Source: Diadema antillarum (Eukaryota). Taken from it: DNA of 64,000 nucleotides. A program made the translations under genes and the position numbers. Shown piece by piece: positions 1-13,300 of this stretch (positions are counted from its first letter, which is position 1; the number at the start of each line of letters is the position of its first letter). The notes below the pieces were generated by a model. It made no database searches, was not told the origin of the DNA, and worked only from the letters and a program-made list of their open reading frames with translations. The stretch covers positions 868,001 through 932,000 of the forward strand of contig NW_027272008.1 in assembly GCF_040938485.1 (NCBI RefSeq), in the 5' to 3' direction.

Positions 1-1135
1 TGATTTTAACTGACGTATTTGCTCTCAGCCAATCAGATGCAAGAATTTCAGTTGCTTAAAGCAGTTGTAAGTGACTGGAAAGTTTCATGAATCGCTGTCC
101 TTGAAACTGTTATCAGAGACTTCACACCAATCCATTGTGGATATTTGATTAGAAAGGGGGTGGAATGGTACAGAGCCACTGCATAAAGGAATTTTGAAAC
201 CCAAGAAGGTTATCATTTTGTAGAAAGATGGGTTCATACCTTAAATGCCCTTTTTAGCTCATATACTTTTGTGACTGATTGTCATTAGAGGCTGATAATG
301 ACAGCTCATATTAAGGTCTTAAAAAATGATTTCTCCAATGCAGTCGTCTTAAGTAGGCATAAAGGGTACTAACAGTTTTCGAAACTAAAAGTGTCACATG
401 TAACCATGGTACCTTGATAACTTTCTTGCATTGATTTTTAGAAAAGCTAGCAAGCCAAAAAAAAAAAAAACTGCCAAAAAAGGGGAATCTGTCTGCAAAT
501 AAGAAAGTCTGATAAATTTTACTTTACAGATAAATGTTTTCAAAGATCTTTTCACGGCTTGTATACTTGATTGCTAATTCAATCACTTGTTAAGTTTCTG
601 TTTTCAGATTAACTTGAAAGTAAGCAGCAAATTGCAGGAAAACTTTTGTACTCATTGTATCAGCCACATTTAGTGTCATTGAAGCATAACATTTTGCTTG
701 GTGTTGACAGTTTGTGGGCAATGCTTGTCAAGCCTTTGAATTAAGGTAAGAATAGCAATGCAATTCAAATTAGGAGTAGAATTAAATATTTTTTAGCTTG
801 TTTACACACTTTGTATAACATCCACCAGTGTGATAAGGTCTTCTGGTGTGTGGGTAGAATATATTCATCATATACTCAGTAATGATTTGCAAGCTAGTTT
901 GTCAAATTCTGAACTTCTCATTTTGAAACGTAATTCAACAAGGGCTTTTGTCAATATGTGAATGGTCCTTTTGTAGCCATTTTTTTGCATAATTGCAGGA
1001 GAAGCAGTTTTCATTATTATTATTATTTTTTTTTTTGCTTGAATGTTGACATACTCTATTTTTTATTGATTAAGACTTGATCTAATTACAGTGCTTGCGT
1101 TAAACTACATGTAGACATCTTGTTTGCCTTCTCAG

Positions 1136-1336
1136 AAATGGCAGAGTCTGGTGACTGGTCAGTGTATGACAAACTCCATGAGCTTGACAGCAAGAATGGA
1201 CTGGCGCTGATCGGTCAAGCTCAGGCCAAACTGGCCGGACACATTTTCGAGAGCGCGAAGGGAGCTGGGCAAGATTTCAAGACTGCCCTCGAAGCTAAAC
1301 AGTATTTCAAAACAGCGACAGAACTACTGGAGAATG
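1136..1336 (+). CDS. TTC37: TTC37 exon (1st in window)
   Basis: ctcag|..|gttagt; [28 protein letters not shown]. Confidence 0.85.
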
Positions 1337-4300
1337 GTTAGTACGATAATGCTGACATTTAAAAAAAAGAAAAGATGGAGCTATAAAATAATTGTGGTTG
1401 AAAATGTAATGAAATGCTTTAAAAAAATTGTGAGGGGCTGGATATTCCATATTCAGACTTCCTGTAGACAGTAGTGTTTGACTGAACCATTCTAAAAATG
1501 CTTGTTACCATGGGGATGTATTGGATACATGTATTTGTTCACAGATATCTTGGTAGTAACAGTGTGATTTGATTTTTTTTCACATATTTTCTATTTGAAA
1601 GTCATTAGACAGCTCAGTAAGAAAAGAATTGACTTTTTGATTTTTTTTTGTGCTTCGTTTTTAAATTGAGCCATGCAATGTCAAACGCTCACTTTGTTCA
1701 TGCACTATGCATAGTGGAAATCCATTCCAAGTAGTTTAACATTGCAATCTGCTTTCTCTGTCATGTTTTCTCAAATCAGAGAAAAGACACAAGATGTTCC
1801 CTTTCTACTGGCTCTTCCTGGCCCAGTGGCAACTGGTCTGCCATGCGGGAGAGAAAGCAGAAATCTCAGCCAAAAATGGTAAGAAGAGTAAAACAAGATT
1901 GCTTATCGTTAGATTTGTGTTATTGTTGTCTCCCATCAAGCAATCCCACATCTTCATCATGAAAATAAGTTTTCTTATGTCTTGTCAGCTCCCCATGATA
2001 TCCCATCCACTTGGTTTTATCATATGTGACCCGCCACAACAAAAGGATCCTAAAGTCGCTGACGGCTGAGCCAAGAAAATCAAGTTTAAACTCGAAACGA
2101 TTTCCTAGACCACTCGACATGGTCTCATAAATTCATCAATATCTCTGCAACCAAGTACTTTTATGAGTTGTGGTATATATGAAATTAAAGCGGAAGAGTA
2201 AGGGAATAATGTCATATCATTTTCAGAAAAATCAAACTCCCTCGACTTTTGGATCCTTTTGTTGTAGCGGGTCACTTATATGCATACACTGTATACATGT
2301 ATGTGTATACATATGTGTACACTATATGTGACCATTTAGGGGTAATATTTCAGACATTTGAGAAGTTGTAACTTTTTGACATTTTTATGACATATTTATA
2401 ATCTATGGCTTCACTCTGAGTTACTTCAGTTCAAACTACCATTAAGTTGTTTGTGCTGGTGTCATATTCAATTGGTCGCTGTGATATGTTTTTTTATGTA
2501 CCTTTTTTTGCAATCCATTCCTTGATGTTTACCTGATAAGTGAAGTGGAGTGAGTTTTTAAGACAAATTCTCTGTCAAATAAGGTATTAAAAGAAATCTG
2601 CCTTTTACTATAGATTTGGATGTTACATTCATTTCTTTTGTCCATTCATCAGTTGATTTATCTTTTACACAGAAAAATGTCATTCAAGTTCTATCAACTC
2701 ATGCTTTTCAACTTGCCTCATTTTCCACATATCTTGCTTTCCATGAAAAATCTGTAATATCTGCTCAGGTATCAAGGTATTGAAGAGTTACAAGCATCTC
2801 GCGCTGAGCTCAGCTCCAAAGTTGGAGGAGACATTCAGCATACTCAGAGTTCGGGCATGGCTGGTGACTGGCACCGGCGACCTGGCCGTTAGGGCAGTGG
2901 AACTCCTCAACAAGGTATTATCCCCTACACCCTTTTTGCACCGAAACATAAACACTGGACTGATAACACTGAACACAAGACTTATAATTTCATGAACCTG
3001 TTTCATAAAGAGTTGCGATTGATCTTACGCTGGATTTATTGAGCATAACTCGTTGAATCAAGTGTAAGTTCAATATTGAGGTAAGTCCTGTTTCATAAAG
3101 ACACTTATGCTTGATTTAAAAAAAAATCAAGTGTAACTTACAATAGATTGAGCGTTACTTGCGATCAATCGCAAAGTTGTTTATGAAACGCAATTGCGAT
3201 TGATTGCAACTTATGCTCAATTTGTGTGAAACAGGCCCCATGTCTGGTACCAGCCTGTGTTGTACCAGCAACCATAAAAATGTGTTGTTTTTCTCAGATA
3301 AATGTCTATGGTGTCCCTGGAAAAAAAAAGAAGAAGAAGAAAGTCTACTTGGGGGTAGTCAAGTCCATTAAATATTTCTAGACCTGACTGTGAGACCACT
3401 GGAGGTCCAGAAACATGGACACTTAATGCCAATCCACTGAGCTGTACTAGAGCACTGCATTCATGTATGGCATTTGCAGAGAAGTGCTATGTCATGCTCC
3501 CCTGCACCAACTGGTGGTCAAGAGCTGTCATTTGTAATCACTGTTACTGGACTGGCCATGTTGATCCACCTTTTACAGAATTTTGAGCTTCAGGGGTGAG
3601 GTAAAGTGTGTATCATGACTAGAGTATTATTATTTTTGATGTTTCATTATCAACCCATTGAGGACAAGGCCCAAGTATACTCGGGCAGGTGTCTATGGGA
3701 AATGCGTGTTATAGCAAAATCAGTCTGTCATCAACGGGTTAAAATGTGACAACCAAGCTTCCTTTCCACAATTGTTAACACACAGCTGAAGCCTGAAGCC
3801 AGGGACAAGACACTACTCTGTCGTCTGCTGGTCATTGCCCACTTAACCTCTGGGGATCTCACCAGTGCCAAAAAGGTATGAAAGAGTGGATGTGGGGTTT
3901 TTTTTCTTCATGTCCAAAGTCCAAGCATCATCATATTCCAAGCATGAGGCAAATTTCTCATCTTATTGTAAATCAGTGTCATGTTCATGTTGGTTGAAAC
4001 AAATTAATGCATGTGCGGCGGGCAGATGTCTCCATTCACATTCTCGCCTTATTTCCATATCTTGCTTTGTTTATGCCATTAACACAACACTATCTAGTGG
4101 ATTTAAAGGAGCCTGAGTGTGCAATTTTGGCTGCCCAGGTACAAAGATAGGAGTAAGCTGCTCTATTTCTAAATACTTGATGGCTTACTTGTACCTGGTG
4201 TGTATTGTTCTTTGAGTGTGAGAGTTACCACATTTCATTATCTTTTTGTAGATACACTTCTAGATTCTGACCATACTTGGCAGTTTCGAGACTGTTGGGA

Positions 4301-7300
4301 GCTATTTTTTTTTTTCCGAACAGATGAAGTTAAAATTTTATTTAGAAATGATGTGGTAGGGGAAGGGAGAGGAAAGGACAAGAGTATGTGATATACCTGA
4401 ACAGCCTATAAAGTGCTTCTATAATTTTAGTCTGCATATGATGATGCAATCATGCACTAATCTCATATTGGGGACTTTTGATTCTCTGCAGAGTTTTGAT
4501 GAGATTCCATCCGAGAGCAGAGATTCTTGTGCGGTCCTTGCCCTGGGGGCCTGGCTGATGTTCCATGAGGCTGACCTGAAGGGTGCAAAGGACAGGTAAG
4601 TTGCCACACCTAGGCCCCTGTCCACCTATAGTGCACCAAAGGTGGGGGGGGGGGGGGAGATTAAATATAAACATGCCTTCCTCAGGCCCAACAGACAGTC
4701 TACTGTGATTTGCTACCAAAAACATCACATTTTACTTCTGGAGTCTCAGAAAGAGACTACATAGAGAGACCCGCTTTGTGCATGCGCAGTCATACATGCA
4801 TTGCTTTTCTACGCACATGTATTTGGAAGTAACTTCCCTGTCACATGTATTCTCTTCCTACAACTCCCTCGTAAAATAAAAATCAAATTTCAAACAGGTA
4901 AGTTTTCATTTAATCTTTCTATTATGAAGAGCGAGAAGAGCAGAATTTTTTTTTGAAATGTTTACAAACATGTTTGCAATTATTTCTATGATAAGGACAA
5001 GAGACACAAACAAATATAAAAAGCAAAACAATCTCTTCCACCAGAAAGGTAGCATCACAATGTTTCTTGGAATGTGGCTCAGGAATGTAATTGTGAGAAA
5101 CTATACACTGCATTCTTATTTCTGATACTGTAGTACCTCAAACATAATCATTTTAAGTTAGATCATGGCAGTTAAAGGGGAAGTAGTACAAGGAAAATTG
5201 GACAATCTCTTCAAAAGATATGTATTTTTATAGTTTTTGATTAGTAAAGATATATGTGGAAACATTGCTTGATATGAAGACTGTGACAGTTTGTGGTGTC
5301 ACAGTATGGCAGTGATATAAAGAAAATGTAAAGGGAATTCCACAAAATTTACTTTTTTTCAATAAGAAGTATGCATCCGTTTGACTTGTTACTGACATAT
5401 GTCAAGGGTAATGTTATTGTCTATACTAAAAATCATTGGCTGAGAATGATAAGCGCGTTAAGTTGCCACTAAAGCCATAGTGTGCAAGGCACCTTAACGC
5501 CCTTCTCATTCTCAGCCGACAAAATGATTCTGATCAATGATAATTTGTGCTGTCCATCAGGTTGGAGTCTGTTCTTGAGAAGGAAAAGATGGCAGACTAT
5601 CATTACTGGCTGGGCCGTGTCTACTGGGCCATGGGAGCTAGGAATAAAGAATGCCTGTATTCATTCATCAAGGTACTTCCCTTGAGTGCTATATGCTTGT
5701 CAATGTGTGACTATAGACTGCGTAACCAATGCATAAAAATTGATATGGATACCTTTGCCACAAAGGTTGCCCGTACAGGCAGTAAACTCGCTGACCAAAC
5801 TGGATTCCATTTTATTGAAATGTGTAGGAATAGATAAACATAGGAGTAGATCTTTACCATATTCTCTAGGAAAAGAATCCATAGGTTTTAAACCTATTCT
5901 TGAAGTGATCCTTTTCGTTTATGATCCAAAATAGCACTATTCTATTCAGATCCAAAACTGTTCCCATCCTACCCAAATGTCCGCTGTAACATTAGATCAA
6001 CTGATTTGAATGCTCTGAGATGACATTATTTGTTTGCAATAGCAAATGCAATATAACCAAACAAAAATCCACTTATTGTACATAATGTCATCCAAACAAA
6101 ATACTATTCAAGTATAAACAAAGAATGCCTATTTAAAAAGTGATTTTTTTGAATACTTGCATCAATCATGTTCTGGCACTTCAGACTTCTGGCAGATATC
6201 TGTCTGACAGGAAGAAAATGTTATTGTCCCCGCCGAACGAGTTCGAGCAGGGGACTATGAAACGGGCTCCGTATGTGTGTGTGTCTGTGTGTCCGTCCGT
6301 CTGTCCGTCCGTCTGTGCGTCCGTCCGTCTGTGCGTCCGTGTGTGATCAAAATGTTCAAAATGCTACTCCTTCGCCATTTCTAACCCGATTTTGATTCTG
6401 TTTGCTTTATATGATAGCACTACATGGGAGCTTTCAAACTTCCATATAGAATTTCAGTTGTGACCTTTGACCTTGACCTTTGACCTATATTGTACATTTT
6501 GCTTCAAAATGCTACTCCTTCGCCATTTCTAACCCGATTTTGATTCCGTTTGCTTTATATGATGGCACTAGGTGAGGGCTTCAAAACTTCTACACAGAAT
6601 TTTGACCTTTGACTTCTTTGACCTTTGAACTTGTTTTTTACCTATATTGTACATTGGCTACAAAATGCTACTCCTTCGCCATTTCTAACCCGATTTCGAT
6701 TCCGTTTGATTTATGTGATGGCACTAGGTGTGGGCTTCAAAACTTGTACATAGAAGACCTTTGACTTCTTTGACCTTTGACCTTGATCTTTTTACCTATA
6801 TTGTACATTTTGCTACTAAATGCTACTTCCGGCGGGGACATATATTACGCACCGCGTAATTTCTACTTTTCCTTGTTATCTCTGTTTTTATCAACTTTAG
6901 GCAACCAAACTGGATGTCTTCCACTCAAATGCATTCCTGTACATGGGCCATTACTTCAAGGAAGTGGATGGTGAGAACAAGTAAGTATTGTAAATCAGGA
7001 AGTTTTTTTCACAATGTAGGGGAAAGGGGATAGATTAGTGTGGATGTTGTCAATTGTTGATTGTGGTATTTTGTGACAAGCTTGTGCAGAGACAAGGTTT
7101 CAGTTTAATTTGTCATCCAATCTGGACAGGAAAAAGATAAACTTGAGTTCTGGCAGCCATATTCTATTCTGATCACTCTTTTTACTTGTGAAAATTTTGG
7201 GACCGATGCAACAATAGTTTAAACCTGCACTGAAAGTATATTGTAATGCACCACCCCCTTTTTTTCTTGAAATGGCATTTAGCATTGTTTGTTTCATTTA

Positions 7301-10300
7301 CTCCAAGACAAAACTAAAAGAGTGTTCAGTGTTTTCTGTGCATACACATTTTTTTTTTCTTTTCCTAGAGCTGGGGGAGGACTGGCCTTGCAAAGAGCTG
7401 AGTTATTGTCAGGCAGTGTAACAAAAGGAGAAATAAATGAAGCAACTTGTCATCATCGTCATTCCAAATCTTACAAAGTTCAGAATGGTCCCATAATTCG
7501 ATGTGTTAAAAAAACAGAAAAAGGCTTACTTGATCGGCATATTCTGTCTGGAATTCAATTCTCCTCCACACTATTTCAGGGTTCCATCAACATTTCTGCC
7601 AGTATTTTAAGCTGAGTCTGTAGACTGCAGACTGACACAATTACTACGCACTTTTTCCCCATCATTCTCATTTACCAGGAAAGCCAAGCGTTGCTATGAG
7701 ACAGCATTTGAATTGAATCCAGCCAATGAGGGCGCTGCAATTGCCCTGGGTGACATGTGCGATACACTGGATGACAAGGTAATGCCGCTTTAATGTTTAT
7801 TCACTGTGTTGTTTGTTAATGACTTTGTTATCAACTGTGGACCGAACAAAATTTTTTAACCCATTGAGGACGTTTTGATTTTGCTACAACACGCATTTCC
7901 CATAGACACCTATCTGAGTATACTTGGGACTTGTCTTCAGAGGGTCAATCAATGTTTGCGATGCCCATTAGATGGAATTCAGTACCAAAATTGTGTGCAG
8001 TGTTAGTTTTCTCCCAGTTTCTTTTATGTCTGTATGTATGGCTTTGAATACTGAACAAAAATAGAACAGAATGGAGCAGAAAGATTTACATCAATATTCA
8101 CTTTGATAAAAGCTCAGAGCATTATAAGCTTTATTATTATGATTACTACATAATCCTTAGTCATTGACACTTAAATTTAGAGCCTTGGTACAAATTTGAA
8201 AAGAAATATTAATATCAGATATTCCAAATTTGAAGTAAAGTGCATTAGCAATCAACCCATCGTGTTGAGGGACTCCTCGATTTTATTTCCTTTCAAATTT
8301 CAATCTAGTTGTTAACTGAAGGTTTACTGTAACACAAGGAATGTTCACATGAATTTTAATTTCGCAAATTTTGTGAGAGCCAAGATTTGCGAAATTAAAA
8401 TGCACATGAAAGTTCTTGTCTACACTATGCATTGAATGCCAGTGGATATTTGGGAAAATTCTATGCCGCAAAAAAGGCCGGCGGCTCCAATTCCCAAAAA
8501 TTTCATGCCGCGAATATATCGTGTTTTACAGTACACTTCCTCAGCTATTCTCTCGTTATGGATGACCTTTGCAGGAGGGGGCTGTAAGCCTATACCAGAA
8601 GGTGACCAGTTTGGTTACTGGGGCCAGGGCCTCGTGGGCGTGGCTTAGATTGGGACTTGCTCAGCTGCGGGCGGGGGATGCTACTGACGCTGCACAAAGG
8701 TCTGTTGATCTGAAATAGCATGATTATTTAGCTGTTTTCTGTACCTGCATTGAGTTTGTAATAGTCATCATTATGTGGAAGGATTTGACTGGCTTGGTAA
8801 TGAGCTCAATTTAAAGTGATCATGTATTGTTGTTTTTAACTTTGTTGGTTATAATGTGTCACTGTGATGATGCATTTGAATGCTTTCGCTGATGCTGTAC
8901 CATTGATTTCAAAGTTCTTACCATGAGTTATAATCATTTTCCTTTATAACCTGATACTGAAACCCCTAGAGACTATGCACAGCTCTCACCAGGCTCTCAC
9001 AGTCTATGGGTTTCGTAGGTGCCGTGAAAAACCTGCTGGTTCATGCTGTGAATGGGATCAATTTGAGATCCAGTCATACATCAAAATTTAATTTGAGACT
9101 TTTTTGATGATGTCTCTAACATTAAGATGGCACTGAACTCTCTGTTCCAATCAGAACTGTCCAATTTTAACCGAGCACTAGAACTGAGTGGAAGATACAA
9201 CTGTAGTAGAAGTCTACATGCATTTCTAGCTCATGAGACTGCAACTGGTTGGACACAGAAACTGTCTAGAAAGCAGCAATCAGCCTGGTATGGAGAGCTT
9301 CTCCCAGGGGATGCTCATGAATGACAGGTTCTTTGGTGTTTAGTTGCAAGTGTATCAAAATTTAAAGCAATGTAGATATGTCTAATACTATTCATTTTCC
9401 CATCACTCCTTTCCTTCCTGCTATTTTGTGTCTTCATGTCTATGCAGTTTCCAGGAGGTTCTTCGGAAAGATCCCAATAATAAGTAAGTGAACAAGTTTC
9501 CTTCTTTCATACATTGTCTTATTTTACATTCTGCAACGAGAAAGATATTAATTGTTCAAGCGAAATTATGATCTTCAATAGACCTTAGTCCAATTAGAAA
9601 GGACAAGTCAGATAATCATGATAATTTTGTTGCAACTGATTGACAAATTGCCCTACATCGACGTAAATAAGCACTGAATTGATCAGTGTTTAGTAGTAGC
9701 CATGATAAAAAATCATGGGCGTACATACTCGAGCAGGATTCGAACCCACGACCTCCTGATCACCGTTTTTTATTTACGTCTTATTTACGTCTTATTTACA
9801 CTTATTTACGTCGATGTAGGGCAATTTGTCAATCAGTTGCAATGAAAACATCTCGACGGAAGAACTTCATAAATTACAATAACAAAGCAGTACCCGCTGC
9901 ATGCTATAAGGATTAGAACCAACACTTGCTGTCGGGCGAAAGCTCGGTGGTCTAGTGGAGATGACGCCTGTTCGGTGATCAGGAGGTCGTGGGTTCGAAT
10001 CCTGCTCGAGTATGTACGCCCATGATTTTTTATCATGGCTACTACTAAAAACTGATCAATTCAGTGCTTATTTACGTCGATGTAGGGCAATTTGTCAATC
10101 AGTTGCAATGAAAACATCTCGACGGAAGAACTTCATAAATTTGAATGATAATTTTGTATTATAAAAAAAAAAATTATTCTGAAAGTTATATTTGTTCCAG
10201 TGTTTGCGATCAGAGCTTAAAAGTCAACTTTATTTCCTCCTTTTATAGGCACTGTCTAGAATGCCTGGCAGAGGCATACCTCAGTGGTGGGAGTTATGAG

Positions 10301-13300
10301 TCTGCTCATAAGGCCTTCTCAAGAGTTCTGGAGGTGAGGCTGTTCATTCACTTGCCTGGTTTATTCTCATTGTTGTATACTGGAGATGAGGTTGACAATG
10401 TGCTCACCTTGTAGCTCATTCTTTAGATATAGGCATGACTTGAAAGCACCATTTTGCTTGCCTTCTAGCTTACCTGTTTAGAGTCAATATGAAGTTGTTA
10501 CTGTAAAACATGATATATTCGCGGCATGAATTTTTCGCGAATTGGAGCCGACGGCCTTTTATGCGGCATGAAATTTTCGCGAACTGCCACTGGCATTCAA
10601 TGCATATAGTGTAGACAAGAACTTTCGCGTCCATTTTAATTTCGCGAATCTTGGCGCTCGCGAAATTCGCGAAATTAAAATGCACGCGAAAATTCCTCGT
10701 TTTACAGTTATCTATTCAAAGTATATCTTCTTACAGTATTAGATTTGAGGTGAGGTTGGCGATATGTTTATTTTGTAACTCTACATTTCAGAATAGAGGT
10801 GTGGTTTCCTATTAGCACATTAAGTTTTTGTTTCAAACTGTAGTTGGTTTTTGTGGTCTTTGTATCTCTTGTGTAGTTCATTAAAGGTTCAAATTGTGTC
10901 AGAAATTAGACATTCAAATCAGATATTGCTTCTTTTCCAGTGGTTGGTTGTTTTTCCAAGGCCAGAAGTATGTAGTCAACCATTCAAACAAACAACTGAT
11001 TGGACATACATATATATTGAGATAGATGATTCATTATGATTTATAACAATAATGTGCTTTTCTGTTTTAATAAAATGATTTGTATTGCATACGAATGTGG
11101 TTTAGATTCAAGCATGAGTCCAATCCTAACCATATTGTCATGCATTCATTTTAATAGATGGATCCAAATTCGACATACTCCATGTTCAAGTAAGTGAGAT
11201 TGTTTCTCAGATGAAAACTGTACATCAATAGCTTTTTAAAGGTTTGAGAAAGTCTTATTCTAATAATATCCTTCTTTCATTTATCTTATTCTAATCTAGT
11301 TTTTTAAGAAAACTGAAGTAAAGTTAAGTAATGCAAGTGAACAGGTTTACAATTTGTAAAGTATTGTGATTATCAGGAAACAAGTGAATGTATCTATAAG
11401 GACAGCCATGTGACTTTACTACAAGTCTTTCATTAGTGCATTGTGCACGTCAAAACACTGGGCATTCAATCTCTGTAGTAGGTGAATTACTGTGTGTACG
11501 TTTCAGGATTGAGACCTTGTCTGTAGCAAATATTATGTAGTTTATTGTACTATATTCAAGTCCCAAAACTTCCTGACTGTAGATAGATACCAGTATACAG
11601 AAAGTGCCATATATTTCATGGGCATACTGTTTTGTGAATTGGGACTTGTGAAATATGCGACTTGGAACCATATCGATTGAATGAGAAATAACCATTATCC
11701 CTCTTGAGGAGAAGAGTTAGTGATTTCCCATCCCTCATACAACACATTATATTTTTGTGTGACAGGAGACAATATTCCATGAATTGTTCATTTTGTGTAT
11801 ATTGGTTGCTTTGCACAATTGACAAAAACAGATGCACCGTGAATTAAATGGTGTACACAGTATCAAAATTTTTTTTTCAAATCTTACATTTGATAGGATT
11901 GGCTGTATCAAGCAGACCAGGGGCTTGTACTCAGAAGCAATTACTGTCTACCAGGCCGTCCAGGAACTCTCGCCGGACTATGTCCCAGCGTTGACTGGTG
12001 AGGGCAATGTGCAGAATTTTCTTTGCTGCTTTTCACACCCACACATTTTTTGTCCCCTAAAAGGGATTATGTTCTCATCTGCTTGGGAAAATTGTATATT
12101 TTATATCCCAAGAACCCAGCTGATCTAGTTATCTCTCATTGACTCTATTTCTTAAATTTGGTAGAATTTGTGGACCCAATGCATTATTATGTAAGTATGC
12201 AAAATATGTAATATCATATGTGTTATTTTAGAGAAAGCATTTTGTGATTTTAAATTTGTAGGAGCATTTATAACTGATCGAAGTAAGTACACTGTAAGTG
12301 AAAGTGTGTGTGCATGTGTACATGGATACATGTGTGTGAACTAGTAAGTGTGTATACTGGTATCTGTGTGTGCTGGCATTTGTCCTGAATCACACACAGT
12401 CAAATTATAAAAGATTGCCATGTTTTTATAACTCTGCATGTCAAATGACATGCTGAAATCAGAGCTTGATGAAGAGTGTTCTATCCACTGTCGCACCATA
12501 CCATGTACTCTGTAGGTCAGGGTGAGACCCACCTCCTGTTGGCGAGGGCAGGCCTCAGAGAGTTCTTCCATGCCAGGGCTGTATCCCACATTCAGCAGGC
12601 TGTCAGTGTCCTCACCCGGTGAGTGCTTTGGGTCGACTGGCGATCTTCTTGATGTTAACCTGTTGAAGACGAGTCCCGAGTATACTCGCGCAGGTGTCAA
12701 TGGGAAATGCGTGTTGTAGCAAAATCAGCCCTTCCTCAACGGGTTAAGATTATTCAGGGCTGGCGGTCATAGAGTACACCCTCAAATGCTTACCTATGTG
12801 TGGCTACTTGAGGATGTCTGCAGCCTAACAGTTATCATGCTTTGTTTGCTGATGAGCATGGGCACTACTGGAGTGCTTTCTTTGCTGTATATTGGCACAG
12901 TATGTCTCAGAAACAAATTGTCAATGAATAGAGATTATCTAATCTCTATTTTGTATATGAATAGAGATTACCTAATCTCTATTTTGTCTCCATGGCCTAT
13001 CTGTTGGACTGAGGCTTATATTGCTTATACCCCAGTGGGCTTGCTAACCTTTACAATACAGGTCAAGTTTGGCTTGATCACTGAATGCCAATGAAAAGCT
13101 TGGTAACTCTAATAGGCTAAGTACAGTAGCTTGGCACATAAAGGTTGAAGTTTCACACTGAAATAGAGAGTTTAAACCTTTGGATTGATTTAGAATATCA
13201 GTAGTTCAAGCATTAAGATGAGGTAAAGAATTAGTCTTGATCACAGTTTTTGGACAGAATTTTCTGTGGCATCTTGAATGGCAGGAACTATGTAACAACA

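Noticed and set aside
6361-6830. CRISPR-like repeat/spacer pattern (also 60011-60572)
   Set aside because: Inter-repeat sequences are homologous, the context is eukaryotic and there are no cas genes.
9943-10014. Functional tRNA gene
   Set aside because: Embedded in a TSD-flanked duplicated element, with C33 and an anticodon-stem mismatch; treated as a mobile-element head.
9802-10141. Hammerhead ribozyme
   Set aside because: No CTGANGA..GAAA core with compatible stems found on either strand by eye.
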